This document shows, piece after piece, positions 1-9,796 of a stretch of DNA of 64,000 bases (position 1 is the first letter of the stretch; each line of letters opens with the position of its first letter). Source of the stretch: Jatrophihabitans sp. (GTDB lineage Bacteria; Actinomycetota; Actinomycetes; Mycobacteriales; Jatrophihabitantaceae). The stretch is taken from positions 1,129-65,128 of the forward strand of contig DATBTJ010000051.1 in the NCBI GenBank assembly GCA_036559305.1, in the 5' to 3' direction. The notes beneath the pieces are model-generated. The model searched no databases. It was not told the DNA's origin and saw nothing but the letters and a program-made list of their open reading frames with translations. A program made the translations under genes and the position numbers.

Positions 1-57
1 CCTCGATCATCGGCTGTTCCCTCCGGGTTCGCGGCACAGGCCCCGCAGATACCTCGA

Positions 58-79
58 CCCCGGACCGGTGGGTCCGGGG
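58..79 (-). terminator. GC-rich hairpin downstream of the DUF3117 micro-ORF
   Basis: Perfect 9-bp stem CCCCGGACC / GGTCCGGGG with 4-nt loop GGTG, about 30 nt after the stop at 111-113 (minus strand). No clear U-tract. Confidence 0.3.
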
Positions 80-110
80 CCGCAGTATGTCCGGGACGAT
101 CTGCAGGCGC

Positions 111-278
111 TCAGCTGCCGACTGACTTCAGCGCGTCGCCCAGCGCTTCCGCCTCGTCCGGCGACATCTCGACGACGAGGCGTCCGCCGCCCTCGAGCGG
201 AACGCGCATCACGATCCCGCGCCCCTCCTTGGTGACCTCGAGCGGGCCGTCACCCGTCCGCGGCTTCATGGCCGCCAT
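111..278 (-). CDS. DUF3117-type conserved actinobacterial small protein (55 aa), not in the ORF track
   Basis: Hand translation of the minus strand: MAAMKPRTGDGPLEVTKEGRGIVMRVPLEGGGRLVVEMSPDEAEALGDALKSVGS*. GAGGAGG lies 5 nt upstream of the ATG. Closely matches my memory of the Rv1211-type protein that sits beside tag in mycobacteria. Confidence 0.8.
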   Translation of the reverse strand: MAAMKPRTGDGPLEVTKEGRGIVMRVPLEGGGRLVVEMSPDEAEALGDALKSVGS

Positions 279-369
279 GCGTACCTCCTCGGAAGGTGAG
301 CCGTGAGCTCACACACGTCGTTGCTGTGACACATTCTCCCTGATCGAGCGGCACACCCCAAACGCCGGG

Positions 370-1179
370 GTGGCGGTAGCCTCGCTGACCATGACCGACG
401 AGCTGCTGATCGACCGGGCCGACGGCGTCGCCACGGTGATCTTGAACCGCCCCGACAGCATGAATTCGTTGTCGACCGGCCTGAAGGAGGCCCTGGTCGA
501 CGGGCTCGACGCGCTCGCGCGCGACGACACGGTCCGCGCCGTCGTGCTCACCGGGTCGGGGCGCGGATTCTGCGTCGGCCAGGATCTGCGCGAGCACGTC
601 GCGGCGCTCGACGCGGGCGACCCGGCGCCACTGTCGACGGTCGTCGCGCACTACAACCCGATCGTGCGGACGCTCGCCACGATGCCGAAGCCGGTGATCG
701 CCGCGGTGAACGGGATCGCCGCGGGCGCGGGGGCGGGGTTCGCCTTCGCGTGCGACATCCGGATCGCGTCGAACAAGGCGGGTTTCCTGATCGCCTTCGC
801 CAACGTCGGGTTGAGCCTCGACAGCGGGGTGTCCTGGACGCTCCCCCGCCTGGTCGGCGCGGCGCGCGCCACCGCCCTGTGCCTGCTCGCCGAGCCGATC
901 AACGCCGAGGCGGCGCTCGAGATGGGCCTGGTCAGCGCGGTCGTGGAGCCCGACCGGTTGCTGCCCGCCGCCCAGGAGCTCGCGGCCCGCCTCGCGGCCG
1001 GCCCGACCGCCGCCTACGCGGCGATCCGCGAGTCGCTGGCCTTCGCCGCGACCGCCACGCTCGACGAGGCGCTCGAGCGCGAGGGTGAACTGCAGGCCCA
1101 CATGGGTCGCACCGACGACCACCGCAACGCCACCGCCGCGTTCGTCGCCAAGCAGCGGCCGGTGTTCACCGGCCGCTGA
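370..1179 (+). CDS. enoyl-CoA hydratase/isomerase (crotonase fold)
   Basis: ADGVATVILNRPDSMNSL..., GSGRGFCVGQDL and AAVNGIAAGAGAGFAFACDIRIA are classic crotonase motifs. The start could instead be the ATG at 391 (MTDELLIDR). Confidence 0.85.
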   Translation: MAVASLTMTDELLIDRADGVATVILNRPDSMNSLSTGLKEALVDGLDALARDDTVRAVVLTGSGRGFCVGQDLREHVAALDAGDPAPLSTVVAHYNPIVRTLATMPKPVIAAVNGIAAGAGAGFAFACDIRIASNKAGFLIAFANVGLSLDSGVSWTLPRLVGAARATALCLLAEPINAEAALEMGLVSAVVEPDRLLPAAQELAARLAAGPTAAYAAIRESLAFAATATLDEALEREGELQAHMGRTDDHRNATAAFVAKQRPVFTGR

Positions 1180-1183
1180 TCCC

Positions 1184-1747
1184 TCAGGCCGTTGCGCGCC
1201 AGCAGGTCGCGACATGGTCGTCGACCATGCCGGTGGCCTGCATGAGGGCGTAGGCCGTCGTCGGGCCGACGAAGCGGAAGCCGCGCTTCTTCAGCGCCTT
1301 CGCCATCGCCGTCGACTCGGGGGCGACCGCAGGGACGTCGGCCGGGGTGCGGGGACGGACGTGCTCGGCCGGCGCGAACGACCACAGCAGCTCGGACAGC
1401 CCCTCCGGCACCGCGTCGCGGACCGCGCGCGCATTGGCGATCGTCGCCTCGATCTTCGCCCGGTTGCGGACGATGTCGGCGTCGGCGAGCAGCCGGCTGA
1501 CGTCCGCATCGTCGAAGGCGGCGACCGCGTCGACGTCGAAGCCGGCGAACGCGGTCCGGAACGCCGACCGCTTGCGCAAGATGATCAGCCAAGAGAGCCC
1601 GGACTGGAACGCCTCCAGGCTCAGCCGCTCGAACAGGTCGCGCTCGCCGTGCAGCGGCGTACCCCACTCCTCGTCGTGGTAGGCGACGTAGTCCGGCGCG
1701 CTGGTCGCCCAGTTGCAGCGCGGCCGGTCGGCCGGCTCACTCGCCAT
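1184..1747 (-). CDS. tag: DNA-3-methyladenine glycosylase I
   Basis: YHDEEWGTP, LSLEAFQSGLSWLIILRKR and a C-terminal HxxxC region are typical Tag motifs. Confidence 0.9.
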   Translation of the reverse strand: MASEPADRPRCNWATSAPDYVAYHDEEWGTPLHGERDLFERLSLEAFQSGLSWLIILRKRSAFRTAFAGFDVDAVAAFDDADVSRLLADADIVRNRAKIEATIANARAVRDAVPEGLSELLWSFAPAEHVRPRTPADVPAVAPESTAMAKALKKRGFRFVGPTTAYALMQATGMVDDHVATCWRATA

Positions 1748-2078
1748 CGTCGGGCCCGTGCGGTTGCACCCGCTCCTGCGCCTCGTCGTGGCGCCCGCGC
1801 AGCCGCGCGATCTCGGCGTCGCGGCGGTCGAGTTCCTCGGCGAGGCGGTCCAGCAGCCGGTCGGTCTCGGCGAAGCGGTAGCCGCGGAGGGCGACCGGCA
1901 GCCGGGCCGAGGCGACGTCGGCGCCGGAGATCGTGCGACCGGACGGCAGGTCCCACACCGGTTCGTCGCGCAGCGCCGGGGCGATCTGCTCGCCCGCCGG
2001 CAGCACGTACGCGGCCAGCAGGAACAGCACTGCGGCCAGCACGATGGCGAGCAGTCCGTACAGCGCCAGGGTCAGCAC
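1737..2078 (-). CDS. DivIVA-domain small membrane protein
   Basis: N-terminal TM helix (LALYGLLAIVLAAVLFLLAAYVL), then RGYRFAETDRLLDRLAEELDRRDAEIARLRG, a DivIVA-type motif. Position next to tag matches mycobacteria. Confidence 0.75.
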   Translation of the reverse strand: MLTLALYGLLAIVLAAVLFLLAAYVLPAGEQIAPALRDEPVWDLPSGRTISGADVASARLPVALRGYRFAETDRLLDRLAEELDRRDAEIARLRGRHDEAQERVQPHGPDDGE

Positions 2079-2137
2079 CCGTCGATCGTGTCACGACCCC
2101 GGCCGGACATCCCACCGGGTGTGGTCAACTGACCGAC

Positions 2138-2857
2138 GTGTCTGCCCCCGTCCTCGAGGAACGTCGCGGTCCGGTCGCGATCGTGCGGCTGAACCGTCCG
2201 CAGAAACGCAACGCGCTCGACTCGGCGAGCCTGCGGCTGCTGGACGAGCTGTTCACCGAACTTGCCGCCGACGACTCGCTGCGCGCGCTCGTCGTGTCGA
2301 CCACCGATCCGGCCGCGCTGTGCGCCGGCGCCGACGTGAGCGAGCAGCTCGACCACGACGCCGGCATCGCGCGGATGGCCGCGTTCACCCGGATGTACAG
2401 CTGGCTGGACGAGTTCCCGGTGCCGATCGTCGTGGTCGCCGTCGGCAACTGCGTCGGCGCGGGCGCCGAGCTGGTGGCCGGTGCCGACCTGCGGGTCGGC
2501 GGGGACAACCTGCGGCTGGCCTGGGCGGGCGCGCGGCTGGGCGTCCCCGTCGGGCCGGCGCGGCTCGCGCCGCTGGTCGGCGTGGCCCGCGCCAAGGATC
2601 TCGTGCTGACCGGGCGGACGGTCGGCCTGGACGAGGCGCTCGCCCTCGGACTCGTCCAGCGCACTGCCGCCGCGGCCGAGGCGGAGGACGTCGCGCTCGA
2701 GCTCGCCACCCAGATCGCGGCGCAGCACCCGGGCGGCATCCGCACGCTGAAGCGGATGTTCCGCGAGCTGGACGACACGGCGCGCCGGGTGGGTTACGAG
2801 AACGAGCTGCTGATGCGCTTCCAGGAGCACGGCGCCGGAATCCCCCACAACCGATGA
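2138..2857 (+). CDS. enoyl-CoA hydratase/isomerase family protein
   Basis: C-terminal 239 codons of the 1085..2857 ORF starting at an in-frame GTG: VSAPVLEERRGPVAIVRLNRPQKRNAL... CAGADV... VGNCVGAGAELVAGADLRV. The upstream part of the ORF is Arg/Pro-rich shadow sequence. Confidence 0.8.
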   Translation: MSAPVLEERRGPVAIVRLNRPQKRNALDSASLRLLDELFTELAADDSLRALVVSTTDPAALCAGADVSEQLDHDAGIARMAAFTRMYSWLDEFPVPIVVVAVGNCVGAGAELVAGADLRVGGDNLRLAWAGARLGVPVGPARLAPLVGVARAKDLVLTGRTVGLDEALALGLVQRTAAAAEAEDVALELATQIAAQHPGGIRTLKRMFRELDDTARRVGYENELLMRFQEHGAGIPHNR

Positions 2858-3285
2858 CCCCCACCCGCTTCCGCAGCACCTCGCACCAGGTGCTCTGCCT
2901 GATCGGCACCGGCGCCTGCGCTGTGCTGCTCCTCGCCAACGTCGCGCTCGGGCCGAACCGCGGGGCCCAGCTCCTGGCGGAGGCGCTGCTGGCGGTGCTG
3001 CTCGCCACCTCGGTGCGCTTCGCGTTCAGCAGCATCGTGGTCGACCGCCCGAATCGGGTCCTCGTCGTCCGCAATCCGTGGCAGAAGCACGTCATCGGCT
3101 TCGATGCCATCGACCGCATCGCGCTGCGCGACTCGTGGGTGCCGAACACCTACCGCAACAACCGGCAGCTGCTCGTGGTGGTCCGCCGCGACGGCAGCCG
3201 GCTCACCATGATCGGCGGGTGCGCCGTCGGGACGCCCGCGGTGACCCGGATGCGCGACGACGTGCAGGACGCGCTCTACGGCTGA
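2854..3285 (+). CDS. membrane protein with bacterial PH-like domain
   Basis: ATG at 2854 overlaps the preceding stop (ATGA). Two TM helices, then VVDRPNRVLVVRNPWQKHVIGFDAIDRIALRD...LLVVVRRDGSRLTM, a bPH-like pattern. Confidence 0.65.
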   Translation: MTPTRFRSTSHQVLCLIGTGACAVLLLANVALGPNRGAQLLAEALLAVLLATSVRFAFSSIVVDRPNRVLVVRNPWQKHVIGFDAIDRIALRDSWVPNTYRNNRQLLVVVRRDGSRLTMIGGCAVGTPAVTRMRDDVQDALYG

Positions 3286-4070
3286 ACGGCTACGTCGTCG
3301 CGCGGCGCGTCGGCCCGGCTGCGCACGAGGTAGGCGACGATGGCGACGATCACCGCGGCCAGCAGCAGGCTGACCGGTCCCGCGCCGAGACCCAGGCCGC
3401 CAACACCGGTCGGCTTGCCCAGCCAGTCCGCGACCGACGCCCCGAGCGGGCGGGTCAGCACGTAGGCGCCCCAGAACGCGGCCACCGGGTTCAGACCGCC
3501 GAACCGGTACCACAGCGCGGGCACCGCGATCAGCGCGGCGAACAGCACCGCCGAGGCGAGGTAGCCGAGCCCGAACGTGTACGCGGTCAGGTCGCCTGCT
3601 GCTGTGCCGAGGGCGAAGGTCGCGACGACGGCCGCCCAGTAGAACAGCTCGCGCCGGGTCGTCACGATGCTGTGCACCGACAACGTGCCCTCGACGCGGT
3701 ACCAGCCCACGAACACCGCGGCGAGGGCGATCACGAACAGGACGGCCGACACCGGGTACGGCACCCCGAACCCCACGTGCAGCACGTCCGCCGCCATCGT
3801 CCCGAACACGCCGACCATGGCGACGGCGAACCAGTAGCACGCCGCGCTGTAGCGCGCGGCCCGCAGCTGCACGACCAGCGCCACGCAGAACGCGACGAAG
3901 CCGAGCAGCACCGCCGGGACCGGCGCGATCGCATGCACGAGGAAGTCCGAGGTCGACTCGCCGAACGCCGTGGTCAGCGCCTTGGTGATCCAGAAGACGG
4001 CAAGGACCTGCGGAACCTTGTTCAGGGACGCGGTAGCGGTGCCGGTCGTCGTAGAAGTCGCGATGCGCAC
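3276..4070 (-). CDS. polytopic membrane protein (COG4705-like)
   Basis: NKVPQVLAVFWITKALTTAFGESTSDFL motif followed by about 7 hydrophobic helices. Confidence 0.7.
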   Translation of the reverse strand: MRIATSTTTGTATASLNKVPQVLAVFWITKALTTAFGESTSDFLVHAIAPVPAVLLGFVAFCVALVVQLRAARYSAACYWFAVAMVGVFGTMAADVLHVGFGVPYPVSAVLFVIALAAVFVGWYRVEGTLSVHSIVTTRRELFYWAAVVATFALGTAAGDLTAYTFGLGYLASAVLFAALIAVPALWYRFGGLNPVAAFWGAYVLTRPLGASVADWLGKPTGVGGLGLGAGPVSLLLAAVIVAIVAYLVRSRADAPRDDVAVQP

Positions 4071-4124
4071 GCCCGGACGGTGTCAGGTGCCCGCTGAGCG
4101 CCGGTCATGCGACTTGGCGGCGCC

Positions 4125-4670
4125 TCATGTGGACAGGCTCGTGAAGACCGCGAACGCCTCGTCGACCGTTCGTACGCGAACCAGCGCGTCGATCGCGTCC
4201 TGGCGGACGAACCCGCGCTTCACCAGGTCTTCCAGCCAGTCCCAGAGCGGGCCGAACAGGCCGTCCGGGTCGAGCACGACCACCGGCTTGTCGTGCATCT
4301 CCAGCACCCGCGACGTCCACATCTCGAACAGTTCCTCGAGCGTGCCGATGCCGCCGGGCAGCGCGAGCACCGCGTCGCAGCGATCGTCCATGATCCGCTT
4401 CCGCTCGCGCATGGTGGCAACGACGATCAGCTCGTCCGCCTCGACGTCGGCGACCTCGCGCGCCATCAGGTGTTCGGGGATCACGCCGATCGAGTGCGCT
4501 CCGCCGGCCCGCGCGGCGCGCGCGACCGCACCCATCATCGACACCCGACCGCCGCCGGACACCAGGTCGAAACCGGCCTGCGCCAGCCGCGTGCCTACCT
4601 GCTCGGCAAGGGCGAGATAGGACGGGTCGATGCTGTCTGCGGACGAGCAGTAGACGCAGAGCGTGGTCAT
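4125..4670 (-). CDS. LOG-family cytokinin riboside 5'-monophosphate phosphoribohydrolase (short form)
   Basis: VYCSS..., GGGRVSMMGAVA and LPGGIGTLEELFE (PGGxGTxxE) motifs. Confidence 0.85.
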   Translation of the reverse strand: MTTLCVYCSSADSIDPSYLALAEQVGTRLAQAGFDLVSGGGRVSMMGAVARAARAGGAHSIGVIPEHLMAREVADVEADELIVVATMRERKRIMDDRCDAVLALPGGIGTLEELFEMWTSRVLEMHDKPVVVLDPDGLFGPLWDWLEDLVKRGFVRQDAIDALVRVRTVDEAFAVFTSLST

Positions 4671-5461
4671 CCGTTCATCGCGTCGCGCTCGGCGGCCATC
4701 GAGGCCGCCTCGGCCGCTTCGTGCTCGTTCGCCGCGACGATGCGTGACACGGCGTCGTCGACATCGTCGGTGAGGTGCACCAGGTCGAGATCGGGCGCGG
4801 CGATCTTGCCGCCGGGCAACGCCGTCGAGCGCAGCCAGTCGATCAGGCCGGACCAGTACTGCGTGCCGAAGAGCACCACCGGGAACCGGGTCACCTTGCG
4901 GGTCTGCACCAGGGTCAGCGCCTCGAACGTCTCATCGAGCGTGCCGAACCCGCCGGGCATGATCACGAACGCTTGCGCGTACTTGACGAACATCGTCTTG
5001 CGGGCGAAGAAGTACCGGAAGTTGATGCCGATGTCGACCCAGTCGTTGAGGTGTTGCTCGAACGGCAGCTCGATGCCGAGCCCGACCGACACCCCGCCCG
5101 CCTCGCAGGCGCCGCGGTTGACGGCCTCCATCGCGCCGGGGCCACCACCGGTGATGACCGCGTAGCCGGCGTTGGCGAGCGCCGCTCCGAGCGCGACACC
5201 GCTTGCGTACTCGGGCGAGTCGTGCGGCGTGCGGGCCGAGCCGAACACCGAGACGGCGGCCGGCAGTTCGGCGAGCAGGCCGAACCCCTCGACGAATTCC
5301 GCGGTGATCCGCTGCACCCGCCACGGGTCGGTGTGCACCCAGTCCGAGGAGCCCCGCGAGTCGAGCAACCGCTGGTCGGTGGTGCCGGCGCCGATCTGCG
5401 CACGGCGCAGCAGGACGGGGCCGCGCTGGTGCTCGCCAGGTTTGCGCTGTTGTTCGCTCAC
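4667..5461 (-). CDS. LOG-family protein (long, Rv1205-like form)
   Basis: VSVFGSART, ITGGGPGAMEAVNRGA and MPGGFGTLDETFE motifs. 4-nt overlap with the downstream LOG gene. Confidence 0.85.
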   Translation of the reverse strand: MSEQQRKPGEHQRGPVLLRRAQIGAGTTDQRLLDSRGSSDWVHTDPWRVQRITAEFVEGFGLLAELPAAVSVFGSARTPHDSPEYASGVALGAALANAGYAVITGGGPGAMEAVNRGACEAGGVSVGLGIELPFEQHLNDWVDIGINFRYFFARKTMFVKYAQAFVIMPGGFGTLDETFEALTLVQTRKVTRFPVVLFGTQYWSGLIDWLRSTALPGGKIAAPDLDLVHLTDDVDDAVSRIVAANEHEAAEAASMAAERDAMNG

Positions 5462-5470
5462 GAGCTAAAG

Positions 5471-6550
5471 CTAGCGAGCCGTAGATCCGCGCAGGAAGTT
5501 GACCAGCGCCACCTCGGTCGCGCCGATGCGCTCGATGACGACGTGTTCCTCGGGCTTGTGTGCGAGGTTCGGGTCGCCGGGGCCGAGGTTGACGGCCGGG
5601 ATCCCCAGCTCGCCGAAACGCGCGACGTCCGTCCAACCGAGCTTGGCCCGTGGCCGGCCGCCGACCGCGCCGACGATCGCCCGGGCCAGCTCGCCGGTGA
5701 GGCCCGGACGGGCGCCCGGCGCCGAATCGACGAGCGTCACCTCCTGACCGGCGAATACGCCCCGGACGTGCTCTAACGCGGCGGCCTCGGAGCGGTCCGG
5801 GGCGAAGCGGAAGTTCACCGTGACGACGCACTCGTCCGGCACGACGTTGCCGGCCACTCCTCCACGGACGAACACCGCGTTCAGGCCCTCGCGATAGGTC
5901 AGCCCGTCCACCTCGACCTCGCGCGCGGCGTACTCGGCCAACGTCGCGAGCACCGGCGCGGCGGCATGGATCGCGTTCTCCCCGAGCCACGAACGCGCGC
6001 TGTGGGCGCGCACGCCCGGTACCCGAACCTCGGCGCGCAGCGTGCCCTGGCAGCCGCCCTCGATCACGCCGTCGGTCGGTTCGAGCAGCACGGCGAGATC
6101 GCCCGCGAGCAGCTCGGGCCGGGTACGCGCGAGCCGGCCGAGCCCGTTGCGCGCCGCCTCGACCTCTTCGCAGTCGTAGCAGATGAAGGTCAGGTCGACC
6201 GTGGGATCGAGCTCGCCCGTCCCGACCAGATGCGCCACGCGCAGCAGCACCGCCACGCCGGCCTTCATGTCCGAGGTGCCGCACCCGTGCAGCAGCGGCC
6301 CGTCGATGCGCGACGGCACGTTGTCCGCGATCGGCACGGTGTCCAGGTGCCCGGCGAGCACCAGCCGACGCTCCCGGCCGAGCTCGGTGCGCGCCACCAC
6401 GACGTTGCCGTCACGCTCGACCGTGAGCGCCGGATAGCCGCGCAGCGCCGCGTCGACCAGCCCGGTGAGCTCGGCCTCGTCGCCCGAGACCGACGCCACG
6501 TCGACGAGTGCAGCGGTCAGGTCGACGACGTCCCCGGCGAGATCGAGCAT
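5471..6550 (-). CDS. dapE: succinyl-diaminopimelate desuccinylase
   Basis: M20 peptidase motifs LAGHLDTVP and [10 protein letters not shown]. Length matches and it is divergent from dapD. Confidence 0.9.
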   Translation of the reverse strand: MLDLAGDVVDLTAALVDVASVSGDEAELTGLVDAALRGYPALTVERDGNVVVARTELGRERRLVLAGHLDTVPIADNVPSRIDGPLLHGCGTSDMKAGVAVLLRVAHLVGTGELDPTVDLTFICYDCEEVEAARNGLGRLARTRPELLAGDLAVLLEPTDGVIEGGCQGTLRAEVRVPGVRAHSARSWLGENAIHAAAPVLATLAEYAAREVEVDGLTYREGLNAVFVRGGVAGNVVPDECVVTVNFRFAPDRSEAAALEHVRGVFAGQEVTLVDSAPGARPGLTGELARAIVGAVGGRPRAKLGWTDVARFGELGIPAVNLGPGDPNLAHKPEEHVVIERIGATEVALVNFLRGSTAR

Positions 6551-6583
6551 GTGCTGAGCCTAGGGCGGGCCGAGACGGCCCCG

Positions 6584-7537
6584 ATGACTACTGTCTGTCC
6601 GGTGGACGCAACGGCTTGGGGTTTCGGCCTCGCGACGGTGACCGACGACGGTCGCCCGCTCGACACCTGGTTCCCCGCGCCCGCCCTCGGCAGCCCGGCG
6701 GACGGCGCCGCGCCCGACAGCGAGCTCGCCGCCCTCGCGGGCACGTCTCCAAGCGCCGCCGCGCGCCGCGTGCACACCGAGGTGCTGCTGACCGAGATCG
6801 ATCTCGCCGAGCCGCCCTCGACCACACCCGATGCCTACCTGCGGCTGCACCTGCTCTCGCACCGGATCGTGCGCCCGCGCGAGGTCAACCTGGACGGCGT
6901 GTTCGCCGTCCTGCCCAATGTCGTCTGGACCAACCACGGCCCGTGCGCCGTCGAGGGCTTCGAGACCGTTCGCGCGGCGCTGCGCCGGCTCGGGCACGTG
7001 CAGGTGCTCGGGGTCGACAAGTTCCCGCGCATGGTCGACTACGTGCTGCCCGACGGCGTGCGCATCGCCGACGCCGACCGGGTGCGCCTCGGCGCCCACC
7101 TCGCGCCCGGCACCACGGTCATGCATGAGGGCTTCGTCAACTACAACGCCGGCACGCTGGGCACGTCCATGGTCGAGGGGCGCATCTCGGCCGGCGTGGT
7201 CGTCGACGACGGCTCGGACGTCGGCGGCGGCGCCTCGATCATGGGCACGCTGTCCGGCGGCGGCCGGGAGCAGATCACCGTCGGCAAGCGGTGCCTGGTC
7301 GGCGCGAACGCGGGGATCGGCATCTCGCTCGGCGACGACTGCGTCGTCGAGGCGGGCACGTACGTGACGGCCGGGTCGAAGGTGACGTTGCCCGACGGCA
7401 GCGTGGTCAAGGCCGGCCGGCTGTCGGGCCAGGACGGCCTGCTGTTCCTGCGCAACAGTGTCACCGGCGCGCTCGAGGCACGGCCCCGGCAGGGCACCGG
7501 CGCCACCCTGAACGACGTCCTGCACGCCAACGCCTGA
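6584..7537 (+). CDS. dapD: 2,3,4,5-tetrahydropyridine-2,6-dicarboxylate N-succinyltransferase
   Basis: In-frame ATG at 6584 ([19 protein letters not shown]...). C-terminal hexapeptide-repeat region ([24 protein letters not shown]...GGGASIMG). 317 aa, as in actinobacterial DapD. Confidence 0.88.
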   Translation: MTTVCPVDATAWGFGLATVTDDGRPLDTWFPAPALGSPADGAAPDSELAALAGTSPSAAARRVHTEVLLTEIDLAEPPSTTPDAYLRLHLLSHRIVRPREVNLDGVFAVLPNVVWTNHGPCAVEGFETVRAALRRLGHVQVLGVDKFPRMVDYVLPDGVRIADADRVRLGAHLAPGTTVMHEGFVNYNAGTLGTSMVEGRISAGVVVDDGSDVGGGASIMGTLSGGGREQITVGKRCLVGANAGIGISLGDDCVVEAGTYVTAGSKVTLPDGSVVKAGRLSGQDGLLFLRNSVTGALEARPRQGTGATLNDVLHANA

Positions 7538-7553
7538 TCTCGCGCCCGCACAC

Positions 7554-8384
7554 ATGCCCGCCACGCGCAGCACCAAGCTGACCCTCGCCCTGAGCGCGGT
7601 CGCGCTTGTCGTCGTCGCCGCCGTGATCGGTGGCCGGATCATCGTGCACGCGTTCGAGACGCACTTCTCGTCGTCGTCGTGCACGATCGGCAGCTACGAA
7701 CTGGACACCGACCAGGCCTCGGTGGCGGCCCAGATGGTGGGCGCGGCCAGCGGATTCCGTCCGGCACTGCCGATGCACGCGAGCGTGCTCGCCCTGATGG
7801 CCGGACTGCAGGAGAGCAAGCTGACCAACATCGCGCCGGGACAGGGCGACCGAGACTCGGTCGGGGTGCTGCAGCAGCGGCCGTCGCAGGGCTGGGGGCA
7901 CCACAGCGCCGCCAGGCTCACCGACGTCACCGAGGCGACCCACGAGTTCCTCGCCGCCCTGATGAAGGTGCCGCACTGGCGCACGCGCGCGTCGGCCGAC
8001 GCGATCCAGGCGGTGCAGATCTCGGCCGACGGCAGCGCGTACGCCCGGCACGAGAGCGAGGCGACGACGCTGGCGCGCGCGTTGCTCGGTGTCGACCACG
8101 CGGCCATCAGCTGTTCGATCGGCAAGCCCACCAAGGTGGCCTCGGCGCAGCGGGTCGTCGGGCTGCTGCGTCATCAACTGCCGGTCAACCGTCCGACCAT
8201 GTCCGGCCGCACGATCCGCGTTCCCGGCGCGGGCTGGCAGACGACCGCGTGGTTCGTGGCGAATGCTGACCGGCTCGGCGTCGACTCCGTCGACTACGGC
8301 GGCAAGCGCTGGTCGCGAGCCGACGGCTGGCAGTCCGCGGCCACCGGCACGAGGGCCGTGGTCGCGACGATGGCAGGCGGCTAG
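7554..8384 (+). CDS. membrane-anchored/secreted conserved hypothetical protein
   Basis: N-terminal TM or signal anchor (LTLALSAVALVVVAAVIGG) and protein-like composition. No recognisable catalytic motif. Confidence 0.6.
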   Translation: MPATRSTKLTLALSAVALVVVAAVIGGRIIVHAFETHFSSSSCTIGSYELDTDQASVAAQMVGAASGFRPALPMHASVLALMAGLQESKLTNIAPGQGDRDSVGVLQQRPSQGWGHHSAARLTDVTEATHEFLAALMKVPHWRTRASADAIQAVQISADGSAYARHESEATTLARALLGVDHAAISCSIGKPTKVASAQRVVGLLRHQLPVNRPTMSGRTIRVPGAGWQTTAWFVANADRLGVDSVDYGGKRWSRADGWQSAATGTRAVVATMAGG

Positions 8385-8447
8385 GGCGCCGACCGGCTCC
8401 GCGGCGCAAAGCCGGCAGGTACGCCCGCGGCTGCGCCGGCAGCCTGC

Positions 8448-8777
8448 TCAGTGGCCGTCGTGCTCCTGCGGGGGCAGCGACTTGATGAAGTCCGGGTCGT
8501 GGTCGGTCTTGCCGACCTTCGACGCGCCACCCGGCGAGCCCAGCTCGTCGAAGAAGTCGACGTTGGCCTGGGTGTAGTCGTTCCACTTCTCGGGCAGGTC
8601 GTCCTCGTAGAAGATCGCCTCGACGGGGCACACCGGCTCGCAGGCGCCGCAGTCGACGCACTCGTCGGGGTGGATGTACAGCATCCGGGCGCCCTCGTAG
8701 ATGCAGTCGACCGGACACTCCTCGATGCAGGCCTTGTCGAGCAGGTCCACACAAGGCTCGGCGATCACATAGGTCAC
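8448..8777 (-). CDS. fdxA: 7Fe ferredoxin
   Basis: GTG start with GGAGGA upstream. [27 protein letters not shown] ... [12 protein letters not shown] are the [3Fe-4S]/[4Fe-4S] cysteine motifs. Confidence 0.9.
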   Translation of the reverse strand: MTYVIAEPCVDLLDKACIEECPVDCIYEGARMLYIHPDECVDCGACEPVCPVEAIFYEDDLPEKWNDYTQANVDFFDELGSPGGASKVGKTDHDPDFIKSLPPQEHDGH

Positions 8778-8814
8778 TGCGTTCCTCCGGGGCAGATCAG
8801 CGGCGCCACCTAGT

Positions 8815-9756
8815 ATGCCGAACGTGCTTGAGGAACACTTGCTGGGTCGGCGGGTCACGGTGCGCCGGGTCCTCGGCCGCACTGAAGCGGGTCGTCAGCA
8901 GTACGGCGACGTCGTAGGCGATCTGGTCGGTCTGGACGCGTCGACCGCGGTCATCGACACCCGCCACGGACCGGTCGCCGTCGCACTCGACACGATCGTG
9001 ATCGGCAGGGTCGCGCCGCCCTCGACCGCGGACGAGCTGGCGCTGCAGACCGTCGCCGCGTCCGGGTGGCGTGCGGCCGACACCGGCCAGATCGGCGGTT
9101 GGCTGCTGCGCGCCAACGACGGCTTCACCTCGCGCGCGAACTCGGTGTTGCCGCTGCGCGCGCCGGGCCTGCCGCTGGAGGAGGCGCTGGCCCGGGCACG
9201 GGCGTGGTACGCCGAGCGCGGGCTGCCGTTGCGGTTGCAGGTGCCGAGCGAGGCGCGTCGCCTGCTCGACGCCGAACTCGGCGAGCGGGGCTGGCCGTTC
9301 TATGACAGCACGCTGATGATGGCCGCGCGCCTCGAACGCCTGCACACGCGCGTGCTCGAGGCGGACGTGCGCCTGGACGCTCACCCCGACGACGCATGGC
9401 TCGCCCGCTTCCGCGACGGCACCGCGCCATTCGAGGTCGCCCGCGCCTTGCTGAGCCGCCACGACGACGTGGTCTTCGCGTCCGTCCGCGACGGTGACCG
9501 CTGCGTCGCCGTCGGCCGCGGCGTGGTCGACGCCGGCTGGCTCGGCATCTCCGCCGTCGAGGTCGACCCGGCGCTGCGCCGCAGCGGGCTGGCGAGCGCG
9601 GTCATGGCGCAGCTGTGGGCCTGGGGCCGTAGCCGCGACGCCGCGCACAGCTACCTGCAGGTCAAGGCCGACAACGAGGGCGCCGTCGCGATGTACGAGC
9701 GGCAGGGCTACTGGGTGCACCACGACTACCTCTACCGCCTCGATCCGTCCGCCTGA
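8815..9756 (+). CDS. GNAT-family N-acetyltransferase (two-domain)
   Basis: C-terminal [29 protein letters not shown]...[20 protein letters not shown] is a GNAT acetyl-CoA binding motif. Confidence 0.75.
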   Translation: MPNVLEEHLLGRRVTVRRVLGRTEAGRQQYGDVVGDLVGLDASTAVIDTRHGPVAVALDTIVIGRVAPPSTADELALQTVAASGWRAADTGQIGGWLLRANDGFTSRANSVLPLRAPGLPLEEALARARAWYAERGLPLRLQVPSEARRLLDAELGERGWPFYDSTLMMAARLERLHTRVLEADVRLDAHPDDAWLARFRDGTAPFEVARALLSRHDDVVFASVRDGDRCVAVGRGVVDAGWLGISAVEVDPALRRSGLASAVMAQLWAWGRSRDAAHSYLQVKADNEGAVAMYERQGYWVHHDYLYRLDPSA

Positions 9757-9796
9757 CGCCGGCTCTGCGGACGGTGGGCTCGCCTAAGCTCGTGCC

